Below are positions 42,021 through 52,059 of a DNA stretch of 64,000 nt, one piece after another. Each line of letters starts with the position of its first letter. Within the stretch, counting starts at the first letter, position 1. Source of the stretch: Dehalococcoidia bacterium (GTDB lineage: Bacteria; Chloroflexota; Dehalococcoidia; Lucifugimonadales; GCA-2712585); NCBI GenBank assembly GCA_965207845.1, contig CBDBNU010000002.1:805129-869128 (forward strand), in the 5' to 3' direction. Below the pieces are notes generated by a model. It searched no databases. It was not told the origin of the DNA and saw only the letters and a list, made by a program, of their open reading frames with translations. Made by a program: the position numbers and the translations under genes.

Positions 42021-44585
42021 TCAGGTGATGCGGGCGGTTGCGGCGCCGTTTTGTTTTTGGACTTCGATTCGGACGGGGAAGTAGTCCTTCAGCTCTTCCA
42101 GGTGGGTTATGACGATGATGCACTTGAAGTCCTGTTCCAGGGTTGAGAGGACGTCCAGGATCTGCTCACGTCCGGCGGAGTCCTGAGTGCCGAAGCCTTC
42201 GTCGATGAAGAGGGTTGGGAGGGGCGCGCCGCTGCGGTTGGCGAGAACTTTGGACAGGGCGATGCGGAGGGCGAGGTTGATGCGGAAGGACTCGCCGCCG
42301 CTGAACATTTCGTAGCTGCGGTGTCCCAGTTCATCGCTGACCTTGATTTCGAGGGTCTCGGCGAACTGGCCCTTGCGGGACTGGAGGGGGCGCTGGCTTT
42401 CGAGCTTGAGACGCATGCGGCCTTCGGTCATGCGGCCGAGGAGGCCGTTGGCTTCCTGCTCGATTTGGGGAAGGATGGTGTCGATGAGTAGTGCCTGGAC
42501 GCCTTCGCGTCCGAAGGCAATTCGGAGTTCCTCGTAGATGGCTTGATCCTCGCGGATGCTTCGGAGTTCGCGGGTCTGGTGGGTAATCTGGTGTTCAAGC
42601 TCTTCGATGCGGTGGAGACTTCCCTGGAGTCGGCCTTGCTGGGCTAAGAGTTTCTGCTGTTGGGACTCCAACTCGGCTACGTGAGTGGTGAGGCGAGAGA
42701 GGTGGGGGGAGATTTCGGCGAGGCGGGTCTGGTCTGAATCGAGGGATGCCAGGGATTCGCGGATTTGGGAGAGTCGGTCGTGGCGATCCTTGGCGGCTTT
42801 CTGGGCCTGGACGAGGTTTTCTCGCTCCTGGGGGAGGTTTTGGGCGGCGTCGGATAGCTGCTGGTGAAGGAGTTGGAAGGGTTGGAGTTCCTGGAGATCG
42901 CGGGCGAGTTCGATGTGGCTTTGTGGGGAGTAGTTCAGGGAGTTCAGGGAGGATTGGGCGGTCTGGAGTTCAGCCTGCTTGTCGGGGGCGTATTGGGCGT
43001 CCAGGAGCAGTTTTTCGAGCCGATGGACTTCGGGGAGGAGATTTTCGGCTTCTTCGGCGGCTCGGTTGGAGTCTTCGAGTTGACGCCCCAAGAGGGCGGT
43101 CTGTTGGAGGTATTGCTGATTGCGGCGTTGGAGGTTTTCCTGGTCTTTGCGCAGTTGGAGGGTGAGGCGATTCTGTTGGGTTTGCAGGTCTTTCAGGGTG
43201 CGTTGGATTTGGGAGTATAGTTGGCGCTTTTCGCGGATTTCGCGCTCGTAGTTGGAGGCGAGGCTGTGGCAGCCTTCTTCGCCGAGGGAGGTGTCGCAGA
43301 GGGGGCAGCGAGCGTTCTGGTGGGAGGCGTTGAGGAGCTTCAGCTTGTCGGCCAGCTGTCGGCCTTCGGTTTCGAGGCGGGTCTGGGTGTCGGCGAGGGT
43401 GTGGGTCTGGACCGTTAACTGCTGGAGGCGGGCGGATTCCTGTTCGAGGGATTTTTCATCCTGGGCGAGAGATTCGAGGGCACTGGCAGTTTTCGAGAGT
43501 TGGCGCTTAACGTCGGTTGCCCTTTGTGCCGCGGGCGCCAATTCTGATTCCAGGCGGTACTTATGGGTCCGCAGCTGCTCTTCGAGGCGTGCCCTGGATT
43601 GGGCGATGGACTGTTGGAGGGAGTTGATCTGGCGGCTGAATTCGTCGAATTGGTGGCGGGCGGCGTTGAGGCGTTCGTTTTCCTGAAGGGAACGTTGGTA
43701 GCGGGCGTGGCCTTCTTCGATGGATGACTGGCGGTTGATGAGGTCTCGGTAGCCCAAAATGCGGGCGGAGCGTTGCCGGATTTCTGATTGGTAGCGGGAG
43801 ATTTCGGTTTGAAGTTGGGGGACTAGCCGTCGGAGTTCTTCGGCCTCAGCGATGCGGCGTTGGAGTTCCTGAATTTCGAGCCGGAGTTGTTCGGCCTGGA
43901 GATTATTCTGATCGAGGTCGTTGGATAGAGCCTTTAGTTCGCGTTGGGTGGTTTCCAAATGTTTCTGAAGTTGGGGTTTGGCGGCGGTCTCGCGTCGCTT
44001 ATATTCGACCTCGCCTTCGAGGAAGTTGCCGCGTTCACGTCGGTCTCGGGCCTTGTCGCGGCTGCGTTGCTGGAGTTCGTTGAAGCGGTCGAGGCCGATT
44101 ATCTTGCCGAGAACCTCCTTGCGTTCGGCGGGAGTCTTGTTGGTGAATTCGTCGGCGCGGCCCTGAATGAGGAAGGCGCTGTTGATGAAGGTGTCGTAGT
44201 CCATGCCGATGATCCGGTTGATCCTGGCCTGGGACTCGCGGATGCTGTTGCCGGTGACTGGGAAGAAGGCGTCGGAGCCTTTGAGCTGGAGCTGGAGGTC
44301 GCTGCCGCCGGGGTTGCGGTAGCGGCGGGTGACACGGTAGTGGGAATCGGCGGCCTGAAATTCCAACTCAACCCACATGTCGGAGTGTCCGTAGTGGACG
44401 AGGTCGGCATGGCTGCTTCCGCGGGCCTTGCCCCAGAGGGCCCAGGTGATGCTATCGAGGAGGGCGGACTTGCCATGTCCGTTGTAACCGCAGAGGCAGG
44501 CAACGCGGATGCCGCTGAGGTCCAGGGTGTGGTTGTCGTCGCGGTAGCAGAGGAAGTTCTGGAGGGATAACTTGAGGGGAATCAT
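42021..44585 (-). CDS. sbcC: SbcC/Rad50-like SMC ATPase
   Basis: Walker A GYNGHGKS, zinc hook CPLC, signature FSGGE, Walker B FIDEGFG, coiled coil. Confidence 0.88.
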   Translation of the reverse strand: MIPLKLSLQNFLCYRDDNHTLDLSGIRVACLCGYNGHGKSALLDSITWALWGKARGSSHADLVHYGHSDMWVELEFQAADSHYRVTRRYRNPGGSDLQLQLKGSDAFFPVTGNSIRESQARINRIIGMDYDTFINSAFLIQGRADEFTNKTPAERKEVLGKIIGLDRFNELQQRSRDKARDRRERGNFLEGEVEYKRRETAAKPQLQKHLETTQRELKALSNDLDQNNLQAEQLRLEIQELQRRIAEAEELRRLVPQLQTEISRYQSEIRQRSARILGYRDLINRQSSIEEGHARYQRSLQENERLNAARHQFDEFSRQINSLQQSIAQSRARLEEQLRTHKYRLESELAPAAQRATDVKRQLSKTASALESLAQDEKSLEQESARLQQLTVQTHTLADTQTRLETEGRQLADKLKLLNASHQNARCPLCDTSLGEEGCHSLASNYEREIREKRQLYSQIQRTLKDLQTQQNRLTLQLRKDQENLQRRNQQYLQQTALLGRQLEDSNRAAEEAENLLPEVHRLEKLLLDAQYAPDKQAELQTAQSSLNSLNYSPQSHIELARDLQELQPFQLLHQQLSDAAQNLPQERENLVQAQKAAKDRHDRLSQIRESLASLDSDQTRLAEISPHLSRLTTHVAELESQQQKLLAQQGRLQGSLHRIEELEHQITHQTRELRSIREDQAIYEELRIAFGREGVQALLIDTILPQIEQEANGLLGRMTEGRMRLKLESQRPLQSRKGQFAETLEIKVSDELGHRSYEMFSGGESFRINLALRIALSKVLANRSGAPLPTLFIDEGFGTQDSAGREQILDVLSTLEQDFKCIIVITHLEELKDYFPVRIEVQKQNGAATARIT

Positions 44586-44633
44586 GGGGCGTGGGTATTG
44601 TAGCATAGGGGGTGTGCTAGAATTGGAGGCGAT

Positions 44634-45965
44634 ATGTTTGAGGCATTGACAGACAAGCTGACGGGAGCGCTGGACCGGCTGACGAGCCGGGGGCGGCTTA
44701 CTGAGAAGGACGTGGACGAGGCGCTGCGGCAGGTGCGGCTGGCGCTGTTGGGAGCGGACGTGAATTTCAGGGTGGCGAGGGAGTTTGTGGCGCGGGTGAA
44801 GGAGCGTTCGGTGGGGAGGGATGTGCTGGATTCAATTACCCCGGGGCAGCAGGTGGTGAAGATTGTCCACGAAGAGCTTACGGAGATACTCAGCGCGGGC
44901 GACCATAAGCTGACGGCCTCGAGCCGGGCGCCGACGACAGTGATGCTAGTGGGTCTGCAGGGGTCCGGCAAAACTACGGCAGCGGCGAAGCTGGCAGCGC
45001 ACCTGCGGCGACAGGGGCAGAGTTCGCTGCTGGTGGCGGGGGACTTGAGACGGGCGGCGGCGGTGCAGCAGCTGGAGGCTTTGGGGAAGCAGATAGCGAT
45101 TCCCGTGTACAGCGACAAGACTTCTATGGATGCGGTGAAGGTGGCGTCGGCGGGGGTGGAGCATGGTTCGGAGCTGGGGAGCCAGTGGGTGATTGTGGAC
45201 ACGGGGGGGCGGATGCAGGTGGACGAGGATCTAATGGATGAGATGGAGGAGGTCCATGGCCGGATATCGCCGGACGAGGTGATTCTGGTGCTGGACGCGA
45301 TGACGGGGCAGGACGCGGTGTCTGTGGCGGAGGAGTTTCATCGCCGGGTGCCGCTGACGGGGATCATCATGACGAAGCTGGACGGGGACGCGCGGGGCGG
45401 GGCTGCGCTTTCGGTAACGAAGGTGACGGGAGTGCCGATCAAGTTCCTGGGAGTGGGAGAGCGGGCGGACGCGCTGGACCCCTTCTATCCAGATAGGCTA
45501 GCGTCGCGGATTCTTGGGATGGGGGACGTGCTGAGCCTGGTGGAGAAGGCGCAGCAGGTGGTGGACCAGAAGAAGGCGAAGGAGATGGAGCGGAAGCTGC
45601 GTCGGGCGAGCTTCGACCTGGAGGACTTTCTGGAGCAGCTGCAGAGCGTGAAGCAGATGGGATCGATAGGGCAGTTCATGGAGATGATTCCGGGGTTTTC
45701 CAAGATGAGCAAGAAGCTTCCGGTGGGGGCTATCGACGACGGAGAGGTGAAGAAGGTGGAGGCGATAATCCGGTCGATGACGCCGCTGGAGCGGCGGAGT
45801 CCGAATATCATCAACGGGAGCAGGCGTCGTCGGATTGCGCTCGGGAGCGGGACGAAGCCGCAGGATGTAAACCGGCTGCTGAACCAGTTCGGCCAGGTGC
45901 AGAAGATGATCCGGCAGGTGACGAGCGGGCGGGGGAGTCGGACTTTGGAGCAGCTGTTTCGGTAG
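44634..45965 (+). CDS. ffh: Signal recognition particle protein
   Basis: GLQGSGKTT, TKLDGDARGG, SRRRRIALGSG. Confidence 0.97.
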   Translation: MFEALTDKLTGALDRLTSRGRLTEKDVDEALRQVRLALLGADVNFRVAREFVARVKERSVGRDVLDSITPGQQVVKIVHEELTEILSAGDHKLTASSRAPTTVMLVGLQGSGKTTAAAKLAAHLRRQGQSSLLVAGDLRRAAAVQQLEALGKQIAIPVYSDKTSMDAVKVASAGVEHGSELGSQWVIVDTGGRMQVDEDLMDEMEEVHGRISPDEVILVLDAMTGQDAVSVAEEFHRRVPLTGIIMTKLDGDARGGAALSVTKVTGVPIKFLGVGERADALDPFYPDRLASRILGMGDVLSLVEKAQQVVDQKKAKEMERKLRRASFDLEDFLEQLQSVKQMGSIGQFMEMIPGFSKMSKKLPVGAIDDGEVKKVEAIIRSMTPLERRSPNIINGSRRRRIALGSGTKPQDVNRLLNQFGQVQKMIRQVTSGRGSRTLEQLFR

Positions 45966-46334
45966 GGGAGGGGCTGGATTCCGGCACCCGTGTCGGAGCA
46001 CGAGGTCAGGTTTTTCGCTGGGATGACGGGTGGTGATGTTCGTTGAGGGCGAGCTTCTTCGACTTTGTGGCGCAGCGACCGGAATGGCTCTGGGGTGCCT
46101 GGCAGGAGCGGTCGTATGTTGCGGTTTGGGTAGTTCGCAGGTGGAGAGTGTGTTCCTGCCTTCGCAGGAACAAGTGCGGGAAACATGAATGGGGGTTGGG
46201 ATTGGGTAAAGGGGAGGGCGGTTCGCGAACCGCCCCTACGTGAGGTGGGGGGACTGGTTTGGAGGGGTGGAGTCTGCCTTTCCAGGAACACGAAGAGTGG
46301 GCCCCCGCGTTCGCGGGGGAACGAGGGTGGGGGG

Positions 46335-47279
46335 TTAGGGGGTGAGGATGTTTGGGGGGAGGAGGCCGCGGCGGAGGGCGGCGAAGAGGTAGGTGGTGTG
46401 GAGGGAACGCCAGGGGGCCCAGCGTAGGGAGAAATCTTCCAGTTCTGCGACTGATAGGACTTTGTCTTTGAAGTAGAGGCGGGAGACGACGCGGCGGAGG
46501 GCGAGGTCGCCGGCGGGGAATGCGTCCATTCTGCCCAAGGCTCGGAGGAGCAGCCAGTGGGCGGTCCAGGGGCCGACGCCGCGGAGGGCGAGGAGGCGCT
46601 TGGTGGCTTCGTCGTCTGACAGGAGGCGGAGGCTTTCAAGGTCTAGGGAGCCGTTCGTAATGGCGGTTGAAACGTCGAGGATGTACTCGGCCTTGCGGTT
46701 GCTCAGCTTGATGGCGCGTAGGCCGGGGATGCCCTTGGGGAGGAGGGCGGCAGGGGTGGGAAAGGCATGGTAGGTACGGCCCTGGTGGACTATGGTGGAG
46801 CCGTAGTTTTCCAGGAGCAGGCTGCCGATGATTCGGGCGACGTTTGTGGCTATCTGCTGGCTGAAGATGGACTGGACGAAGGCTTCGAAGACGGTGGGGG
46901 TCTGGCTTATTTTGAGGCCGTAGAGATTGTTGATAAGGGGTGCGAGGACGGGATCGTCGTTCGCAGTGGCGTAGAATTCGGCGAGGGGGGTGTCGACGCC
47001 GAGAACCCATGAAAGGGTGTCGACAATCATTCGCAAAGCCTGGTCGGTAATTGCGTTTCCGTGTGCGGTCACTTCGAGGCGGGGGTTTTCGACAGTGCCG
47101 CTTGAGCGGACCTGGGTGAGGATGAGGTTGTCTTCAATGTTGAGGAGCCGGGTGAACTGGTCGTCTTCGAAGATGTTTACGCGGGCGCCCGTGCCAAATG
47201 AAGCCATGTGCTCCATGGAGAGGCGGAAGTCGTAGGGTGGGGTGGGAGTGAGCGTCAGGCGACGTTTATGCATAGACAT
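46335..47279 (-). CDS. DNA-3-methyladenine glycosylase II (AlkA-like, HhH-GPD)
   Basis: SQQI, LRGVGPWTA, FPAGDL, RWAPWRS. Confidence 0.9.
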   Translation of the reverse strand: MSMHKRRLTLTPTPPYDFRLSMEHMASFGTGARVNIFEDDQFTRLLNIEDNLILTQVRSSGTVENPRLEVTAHGNAITDQALRMIVDTLSWVLGVDTPLAEFYATANDDPVLAPLINNLYGLKISQTPTVFEAFVQSIFSQQIATNVARIIGSLLLENYGSTIVHQGRTYHAFPTPAALLPKGIPGLRAIKLSNRKAEYILDVSTAITNGSLDLESLRLLSDDEATKRLLALRGVGPWTAHWLLLRALGRMDAFPAGDLALRRVVSRLYFKDKVLSVAELEDFSLRWAPWRSLHTTYLFAALRRGLLPPNILTP

Positions 47280-47285
47280 TTCGGC

Positions 47286-47885
47286 CTATGGCGATGGGGG
47301 AGCGCTGGGAAGGGTTGCGGCGCCGAGGGAGCGGTAGATGGCGCCCCGGGGGGTGAGGGTGCTGTGGATGAGGTGGATTTCACGGACGGGCCAGACGAGG
47401 TCGCCGGCGTTGGCACTTGCCTCGATGGCGTCGCGGAGGAGTTCCCCTTGGGGTTCGGGAAGGGAGCGGCGGACGCGTCCGAGGGTGAGGTGGGGCCTAA
47501 ATCGCCGTCGATCCGGGTCGAAGCCGAGGATGCGGCACTGGTTTTCGACGGAGGCCTGAAGATTGCTGAGGGCGGTGAGGTCGCCGCTGAGGCCGACCCA
47601 GAGGACGCGGGGGTTGTTGGGGTTGGGGAAGACTCCAACGGCGCCGAGGCCGAGGCTGAAGGGAGGCTTTTCCCGGGCGGCGGACTCGATGGCGTCTAGT
47701 AGGAGGGGGACTGTGGAAGTAAGGACGTTACCGAGGAACTTGAGGGTGAGATGGATGCCGGCGGAGTTGACCCAGCGGACATCGGAAAGGCCGCGGGACT
47801 TGAGGGATTGGGTGAGATTGTCGAGGGCGTCCTTGGCTTCGCTGGGAAGATCGATGGCGATGAAGGTGCGGATTTCTTCGGTCAT
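47286..47885 (-). CDS. thpR: RNA 2',3'-cyclic phosphodiesterase
   Basis: Two HxT motifs, HLTLKFLG and PHLTLGR. Confidence 0.9.
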   Translation of the reverse strand: MTEEIRTFIAIDLPSEAKDALDNLTQSLKSRGLSDVRWVNSAGIHLTLKFLGNVLTSTVPLLLDAIESAAREKPPFSLGLGAVGVFPNPNNPRVLWVGLSGDLTALSNLQASVENQCRILGFDPDRRRFRPHLTLGRVRRSLPEPQGELLRDAIEASANAGDLVWPVREIHLIHSTLTPRGAIYRSLGAATLPSAPPSP

Positions 47886-48415
47886 TGGGACTTCAGGCTG
47901 TCGCGAAGTTCTTTGAGGCCTTGGAACCAGGAGACGAGAGCGTCGAGGGAATATTGGGCGTTGGCGGGGCTGGGGTTTGGAACAACGAAGACCTGCGACG
48001 TCCCGATGGTCTGGGGCTGGAGGCCTAGTTGCACCTTGAACTTTTCACCTTCGGCGTAGCGGAGATAGTTGCTGTAGACCATGAGGCCCTGGAAGCAGGC
48101 GATGAGGGGTCGGTATTGCAGGAGTTTCTGTTTGAGGATGGGCGCGCCTTCCCGGTAGTCCCTGGCGCGGAGGGCGGATGCCTGCCGGGAGGGGCGTTTT
48201 ACGAGGTCGGTGAAGCCGATGCCGTGGAGGGGGAGGAGGTGGTCGTCTTCCATGGTGACGGAAGTCTTGACGAGGCCGGAGGAGTTGAAGGCGCGCCAGA
48301 AGCGGTTGCGGGGGTTGGCGAAATAGTGGCCGCGCTCGACGGAGATTTGGGAGGGGTTGAGGCCGACGAGGACGATGTCGAGGTTGGGCTGGAGGTGGTC
48401 GGGTAGGGTGTTCAT
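47882..48415 (-). CDS. mug: Mismatch-specific uracil/thymine DNA glycosylase
   Basis: GLNPS, GHYFANPRNRFW, PNPSPAN. True start MNTLPD at 48415. Confidence 0.88.
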   Translation of the reverse strand: MNTLPDHLQPNLDIVLVGLNPSQISVERGHYFANPRNRFWRAFNSSGLVKTSVTMEDDHLLPLHGIGFTDLVKRPSRQASALRARDYREGAPILKQKLLQYRPLIACFQGLMVYSNYLRYAEGEKFKVQLGLQPQTIGTSQVFVVPNPSPANAQYSLDALVSWFQGLKELRDSLKSQ

Positions 48416-49251
48416 AGGTTGAGGAGGGTTTTGGCGTTTCCGCCGAGGATTTTGTGTTTCTGGGCCTGGGTGAGCGGACTGTTGTTGACCTGGTCGAGGA
48501 GGCGTTGATGGGAGAGGAGGGGATAGTCGGTGCCGAGGAGGACTTTTTCGGCTCCGATGATGCGGGTTACTGACTCGAAGATTTCGGAGGTGTAGAGGAA
48601 GGGGGAAGCGGCGGTGTCGAAGTAGACGTTTTCGAGGCCTTTCAGGACTTCCGGCATGAGGGCATAGAAGGGGAGCCCGCCGCCCCAGTGGGCGCAGACT
48701 ATCTTGTTGTGGGGGAAGTTCCGTATGAAGGCCCACAGCTTGTCCGGAGTGGTCTTGCCCTTGGCAGGGTAACAGTGGCCGACGGGTTCGGAGCTGTGGA
48801 CGAGGACGATGAGGTCGAGGTCGCGGGCGGCGTCCATGAGGGGGGCCATCACTTTGTAATCGGCGATGTCGAAGCGCTGGGTATCGGGGTGGAGTTCGCC
48901 GATGCCGCGGGCGCCCCGGGAGGCGCAGCGTTCGACTTCTCGGACGGCATCGTTGCCCCAGGCGGGGTTGACTGAGCAGAAGGGGATGAGGCGGCCTTCG
49001 CTTGCGGCTGCGGCGCTGAGGAGGTAGCTGTTGGCTTCGCGGGCGATGTCCGGGTCGGTCCAGCCGAATCCGAGGACGACGGTAGCGTCTACGTTGGCTT
49101 TTTCCATGGCGATGACGATTTCGGGGCCGAAGGGGGTTTTGCCCTTGGGGTTGCTGAAGAGATTCGCGTAGGTTTCGTCACGGCGCATTATTTCTTTGCG
49201 TCGAACCGTGAAGGAGGGCGGGTACAGGTGGGCGTGAAAGTCGATGATCAT
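48412..49251 (-). CDS. Amidohydrolase_2 family protein
   Basis: IIDFHAH, AHWGGG, YFDTAA, GTDYP. Confidence 0.88.
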   Translation of the reverse strand: MIIDFHAHLYPPSFTVRRKEIMRRDETYANLFSNPKGKTPFGPEIVIAMEKANVDATVVLGFGWTDPDIAREANSYLLSAAAASEGRLIPFCSVNPAWGNDAVREVERCASRGARGIGELHPDTQRFDIADYKVMAPLMDAARDLDLIVLVHSSEPVGHCYPAKGKTTPDKLWAFIRNFPHNKIVCAHWGGGLPFYALMPEVLKGLENVYFDTAASPFLYTSEIFESVTRIIGAEKVLLGTDYPLLSHQRLLDQVNNSPLTQAQKHKILGGNAKTLLNL

Positions 49252-49413
49252 GTCAAACTTATTATAGTGAGGGAGACTGGGCGACGCTAGACAGTGTTAT
49301 GGGGCGTTGCTATAATGCGCCATCGGCAAGGCCAATATAGAATGCTGGGGGACTATTGAGTAGGGATTTCGCAAATTACCTTGGCAGTGCGGTAGATGAT
49401 GGGAGACTGAAAC

Positions 49414-50232
49414 GTGGGTAGGGGTGCGGGCATCGGCGAGTTGGAGGGGATTGCCAGGGAGTCGCGTCGCAACATTTTGAAGATGGTCTATGAGGCGGGG
49501 AGCGGGCACCCGGGTGGATCGCTTTCGGAGATTGACATTCTGACGGCGCTTTACTTTCGGGTGATGCGGGTGGACCCGGCGAATCCGCGGTGGGAAGGCC
49601 GAGACCGGTTTATTCTGAGCAAGGCACATGCGTGTCCGGGCTTGTATGCGACGCTGGCGGCGAGGGGATTCTTTCCCGAAGAGGAATTGCTGACATTTCG
49701 TAAGATAGACAGCCGACTGCAGGGGCACGCCCACGTTAAGACGCCGGGGGTGGAGATGAGCGGGGGTTCTTTGGGGCAGGGGCTTTCCTTCGGAGTCGGA
49801 TGCGCGCTGTCGGCGCGGCTGGACGGGTTGGACCATCGGGTGTTTGTGATGCTGGGCGACGGCGAATGCGACGAGGGGCAAGTGTGGGAAGCGGCGATGT
49901 CGGCTTCGCATTATGGTTTGGGTAACCTGGTTGCTATTGTGGACCGGAACGGCATTCAGAATGACAGGTTTACGGACGAGGTGATGAGGTTGGAGCCGCT
50001 GGCGCAGAAGTGGGGGGCCTTCGGGTGGAGGGTCGTCGAGATTGACGGGCACGACATGTGCGCCGTGGTGGAGGGATTGGAGGAGGCGTCGGCCGGAGAG
50101 GGTGGGCCAACGGTGATTATCGCCAAGACGGTGAAGGGGAAGGGGATCAGCTTCATGGAGAACAACCCCGCATTTCATGGAGCTTCGCCGAATGAGGAAG
50201 AGTTCCAACGGGCGCTGGCTGAGCTGGCATGA
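49414..50232 (+). CDS. Transketolase, N-terminal subunit
   Basis: GHPGGSLS, GSLGQG, GDGECDEG. Confidence 0.92.
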   Translation: MGRGAGIGELEGIARESRRNILKMVYEAGSGHPGGSLSEIDILTALYFRVMRVDPANPRWEGRDRFILSKAHACPGLYATLAARGFFPEEELLTFRKIDSRLQGHAHVKTPGVEMSGGSLGQGLSFGVGCALSARLDGLDHRVFVMLGDGECDEGQVWEAAMSASHYGLGNLVAIVDRNGIQNDRFTDEVMRLEPLAQKWGAFGWRVVEIDGHDMCAVVEGLEEASAGEGGPTVIIAKTVKGKGISFMENNPAFHGASPNEEEFQRALAELA

Positions 50233-50244
50233 GGAGGGGACGGA

Positions 50245-51192
50245 ATGATTGAATCTCTGCCTAAAGTTGCGACTCGGGAGGCCTACGGCAAGGCACTTGT
50301 GGAGCTTGGGCATGAGAATCCCGACATTGTGGTGTTGGGTGGCGACCTGAACAAGTCGACGTTTGTGCACCTGTTTGCGGCGGAGTTTCCGGAGAGGTTC
50401 TTTGACTTTGGGCCGGCGGAGCAGAACATCATGGGGGTTGCGGCGGGGATGGCGGCTTCGGGCAAGGTGCCCTTCGTGAGCACGTTCTCAGTGTTTGGGA
50501 TGTGCAGGCCCTTCGACCAGGTGCGAGTGAGCATAGCGCAGCCGCAGTTGGGGGTGAAGATTGTCTGCACCCACGCCGGGATTCTGACGGGGGAAGACGG
50601 GATGTCGGCGCACGGTATAGAAGACCTTTCGCTGGCGTGTTCGTTGCCGGGATTCACGGTGGTGGCGCCTTCGGACGCGGTGGAAGCGGTGGCTGCGGTG
50701 CGGGCGGCGGCGGAAACGCCGGGGCCTTTCTACGTGCGGCTGTACAGGCCTGCGACGCCGGTCCTTCACTCGGACGGGTATGAATTTGAACTGGGCAAGG
50801 GGGACGTGGTCCGGGATGGGGAGGACGCGACGATAATTGCCACGGGGGTGATGGTGTCGACGGCGCTGGAGGCGGCGGAGTCGTTAGCGTCGAGGGGAGT
50901 GTCGTGCCGGGTGTTGAACATTCACACGCTGTGCCCGCTGGACGAGGATGCGATTGCGTCGGCGTCGCGGGAGACGGGCGGGGTTGTTACGGTGGAGGAG
51001 CATTTGTCGCACGGGGGGTTGGGAAGCCGAGTTGCGCAGGCGTTGGGTCGGAAGGCACCGGCGCCGATGGAGATGGTGGCGCTGCAGGGGTACACGGAGT
51101 CTGGGGACCCTTCGCTGCTGATGAAGAAGTACCACCTGGCGGTGGAGGACGTGGAGGCTGCGGTGGATCGGGTGATGGTGAGGAAGGGGTAG
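50245..51192 (+). CDS. Transketolase, C-terminal subunit
   Basis: AEQN, GEDGMSAH, VEEH...GGLG. Confidence 0.92.
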   Translation: MIESLPKVATREAYGKALVELGHENPDIVVLGGDLNKSTFVHLFAAEFPERFFDFGPAEQNIMGVAAGMAASGKVPFVSTFSVFGMCRPFDQVRVSIAQPQLGVKIVCTHAGILTGEDGMSAHGIEDLSLACSLPGFTVVAPSDAVEAVAAVRAAAETPGPFYVRLYRPATPVLHSDGYEFELGKGDVVRDGEDATIIATGVMVSTALEAAESLASRGVSCRVLNIHTLCPLDEDAIASASRETGGVVTVEEHLSHGGLGSRVAQALGRKAPAPMEMVALQGYTESGDPSLLMKKYHLAVEDVEAAVDRVMVRKG

Positions 51193-51193
51193 G

Positions 51194-51720
51194 GGGGCGG
51201 GTTCGCGAACGGTTGGTAGGGGTGGCTGGAAAGTTAAGGGGGCAGGTTTGAAACCTGCCCCCTTTGTAGTTTAAGTAGACCATGGCATCGGGTTCCTCGG
51301 CTGCGAGGGCGGGTGGTTCGCGAGCCGCCCCTACGTGGGGATGCCTGAAGAAATCTGGCGTCGACCGGTGTCGAGACCCTTCGACTCCGCTGCGCTGCGC
51401 TCAGGGTGACATGTGGGTAGGGGGGTAAAGAGTGGGTTCCCGCATGCGCGCGAACACGGGGTGGGTGGGGTTGTTACGGTTGGGTGTCCCAATGCGTTTG
51501 GGATAATGTGGGTAGAGAGCGGATTCCTGCCTCCGCAGGAACAAGAGGGCGGGGCGGAATGACTATTGTCCAAAGGCCCTCCGCCTCCGCGGGCATAAGC
51601 GCCCCTTCGCAGAAACGGGGGACTGCTACAGGGGCGAGATTCTTTAGTTGCGCTGCACTCAGCGTGAAATCTTAGTTACGAGGTAAGCCAAGTGGGCAGG
51701 TTTGAAACCTGCCCCTACCG
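51194..51720 (+). repeat. Mosaic cluster of palindromic repeats
   Basis: Two GGGCAGGTTTGAAACCTGCCCC units, GAGACCCTTCGACTCCGCTGCGCTGCGCTCAGGGTGACA and TTCCTGCCTCCGCAGGAA. Confidence 0.8.
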
Positions 51721-51756
51721 TTTTACGGGGCCGCAATCGAGGTGGGAAGAGGGAGG

Positions 51757-52059
51757 TTAGATGAGGCCGGGGATGTTTAGGCCGCCGGCGAGGCCGCCGA
51801 GTTTTTGGGCGGCCATTTCCTGGACTTTGGAGGCGGCGTCGTTTACGGCGGCGGTCACTAGGTCCTGGAGGAGTTCGATGTCCTCGGCGGCTTCGGGGTC
51901 GATTTCGACGGACTCGACGGTCTGCTTTCCGGTCATGACGACCTTGATCACGCCGCCTCCGGCGGTGCCGACGACGGTGGCAGATTCGAGTTCTGTCTGG
52001 GCCCTCTGAAGTTGGGCTTGAAGCTTCTGGGCCTGTTTGATCATCTTTCGGTTCATCAA
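51757..52059 (-). CDS. ybaB: YbaB/EbfC nucleoid-associated protein
   Basis: AGGGVIKV, LQDLVTAAVNDA. Directly downstream of dnaX. Confidence 0.92.
   Translation of the reverse strand: MMNRKMIKQAQKLQAQLQRAQTELESATVVGTAGGGVIKVVMTGKQTVESVEIDPEAAEDIELLQDLVTAAVNDAASKVQEMAAQKLGGLAGGLNIPGLI

Noticed and set aside
48416-48736. Long N-terminal extension of mug
   Set aside because: It overlaps the amidohydrolase gene out of frame. The family start MNTLPD is at 48415.
42021-49251. SMC-based defence system (Wadjet/Lamassu-like) around the SMC ATPase
   Set aside because: The protein has a Rad50 zinc hook, the neighbours are housekeeping or repair genes, and no effector partners are visible.
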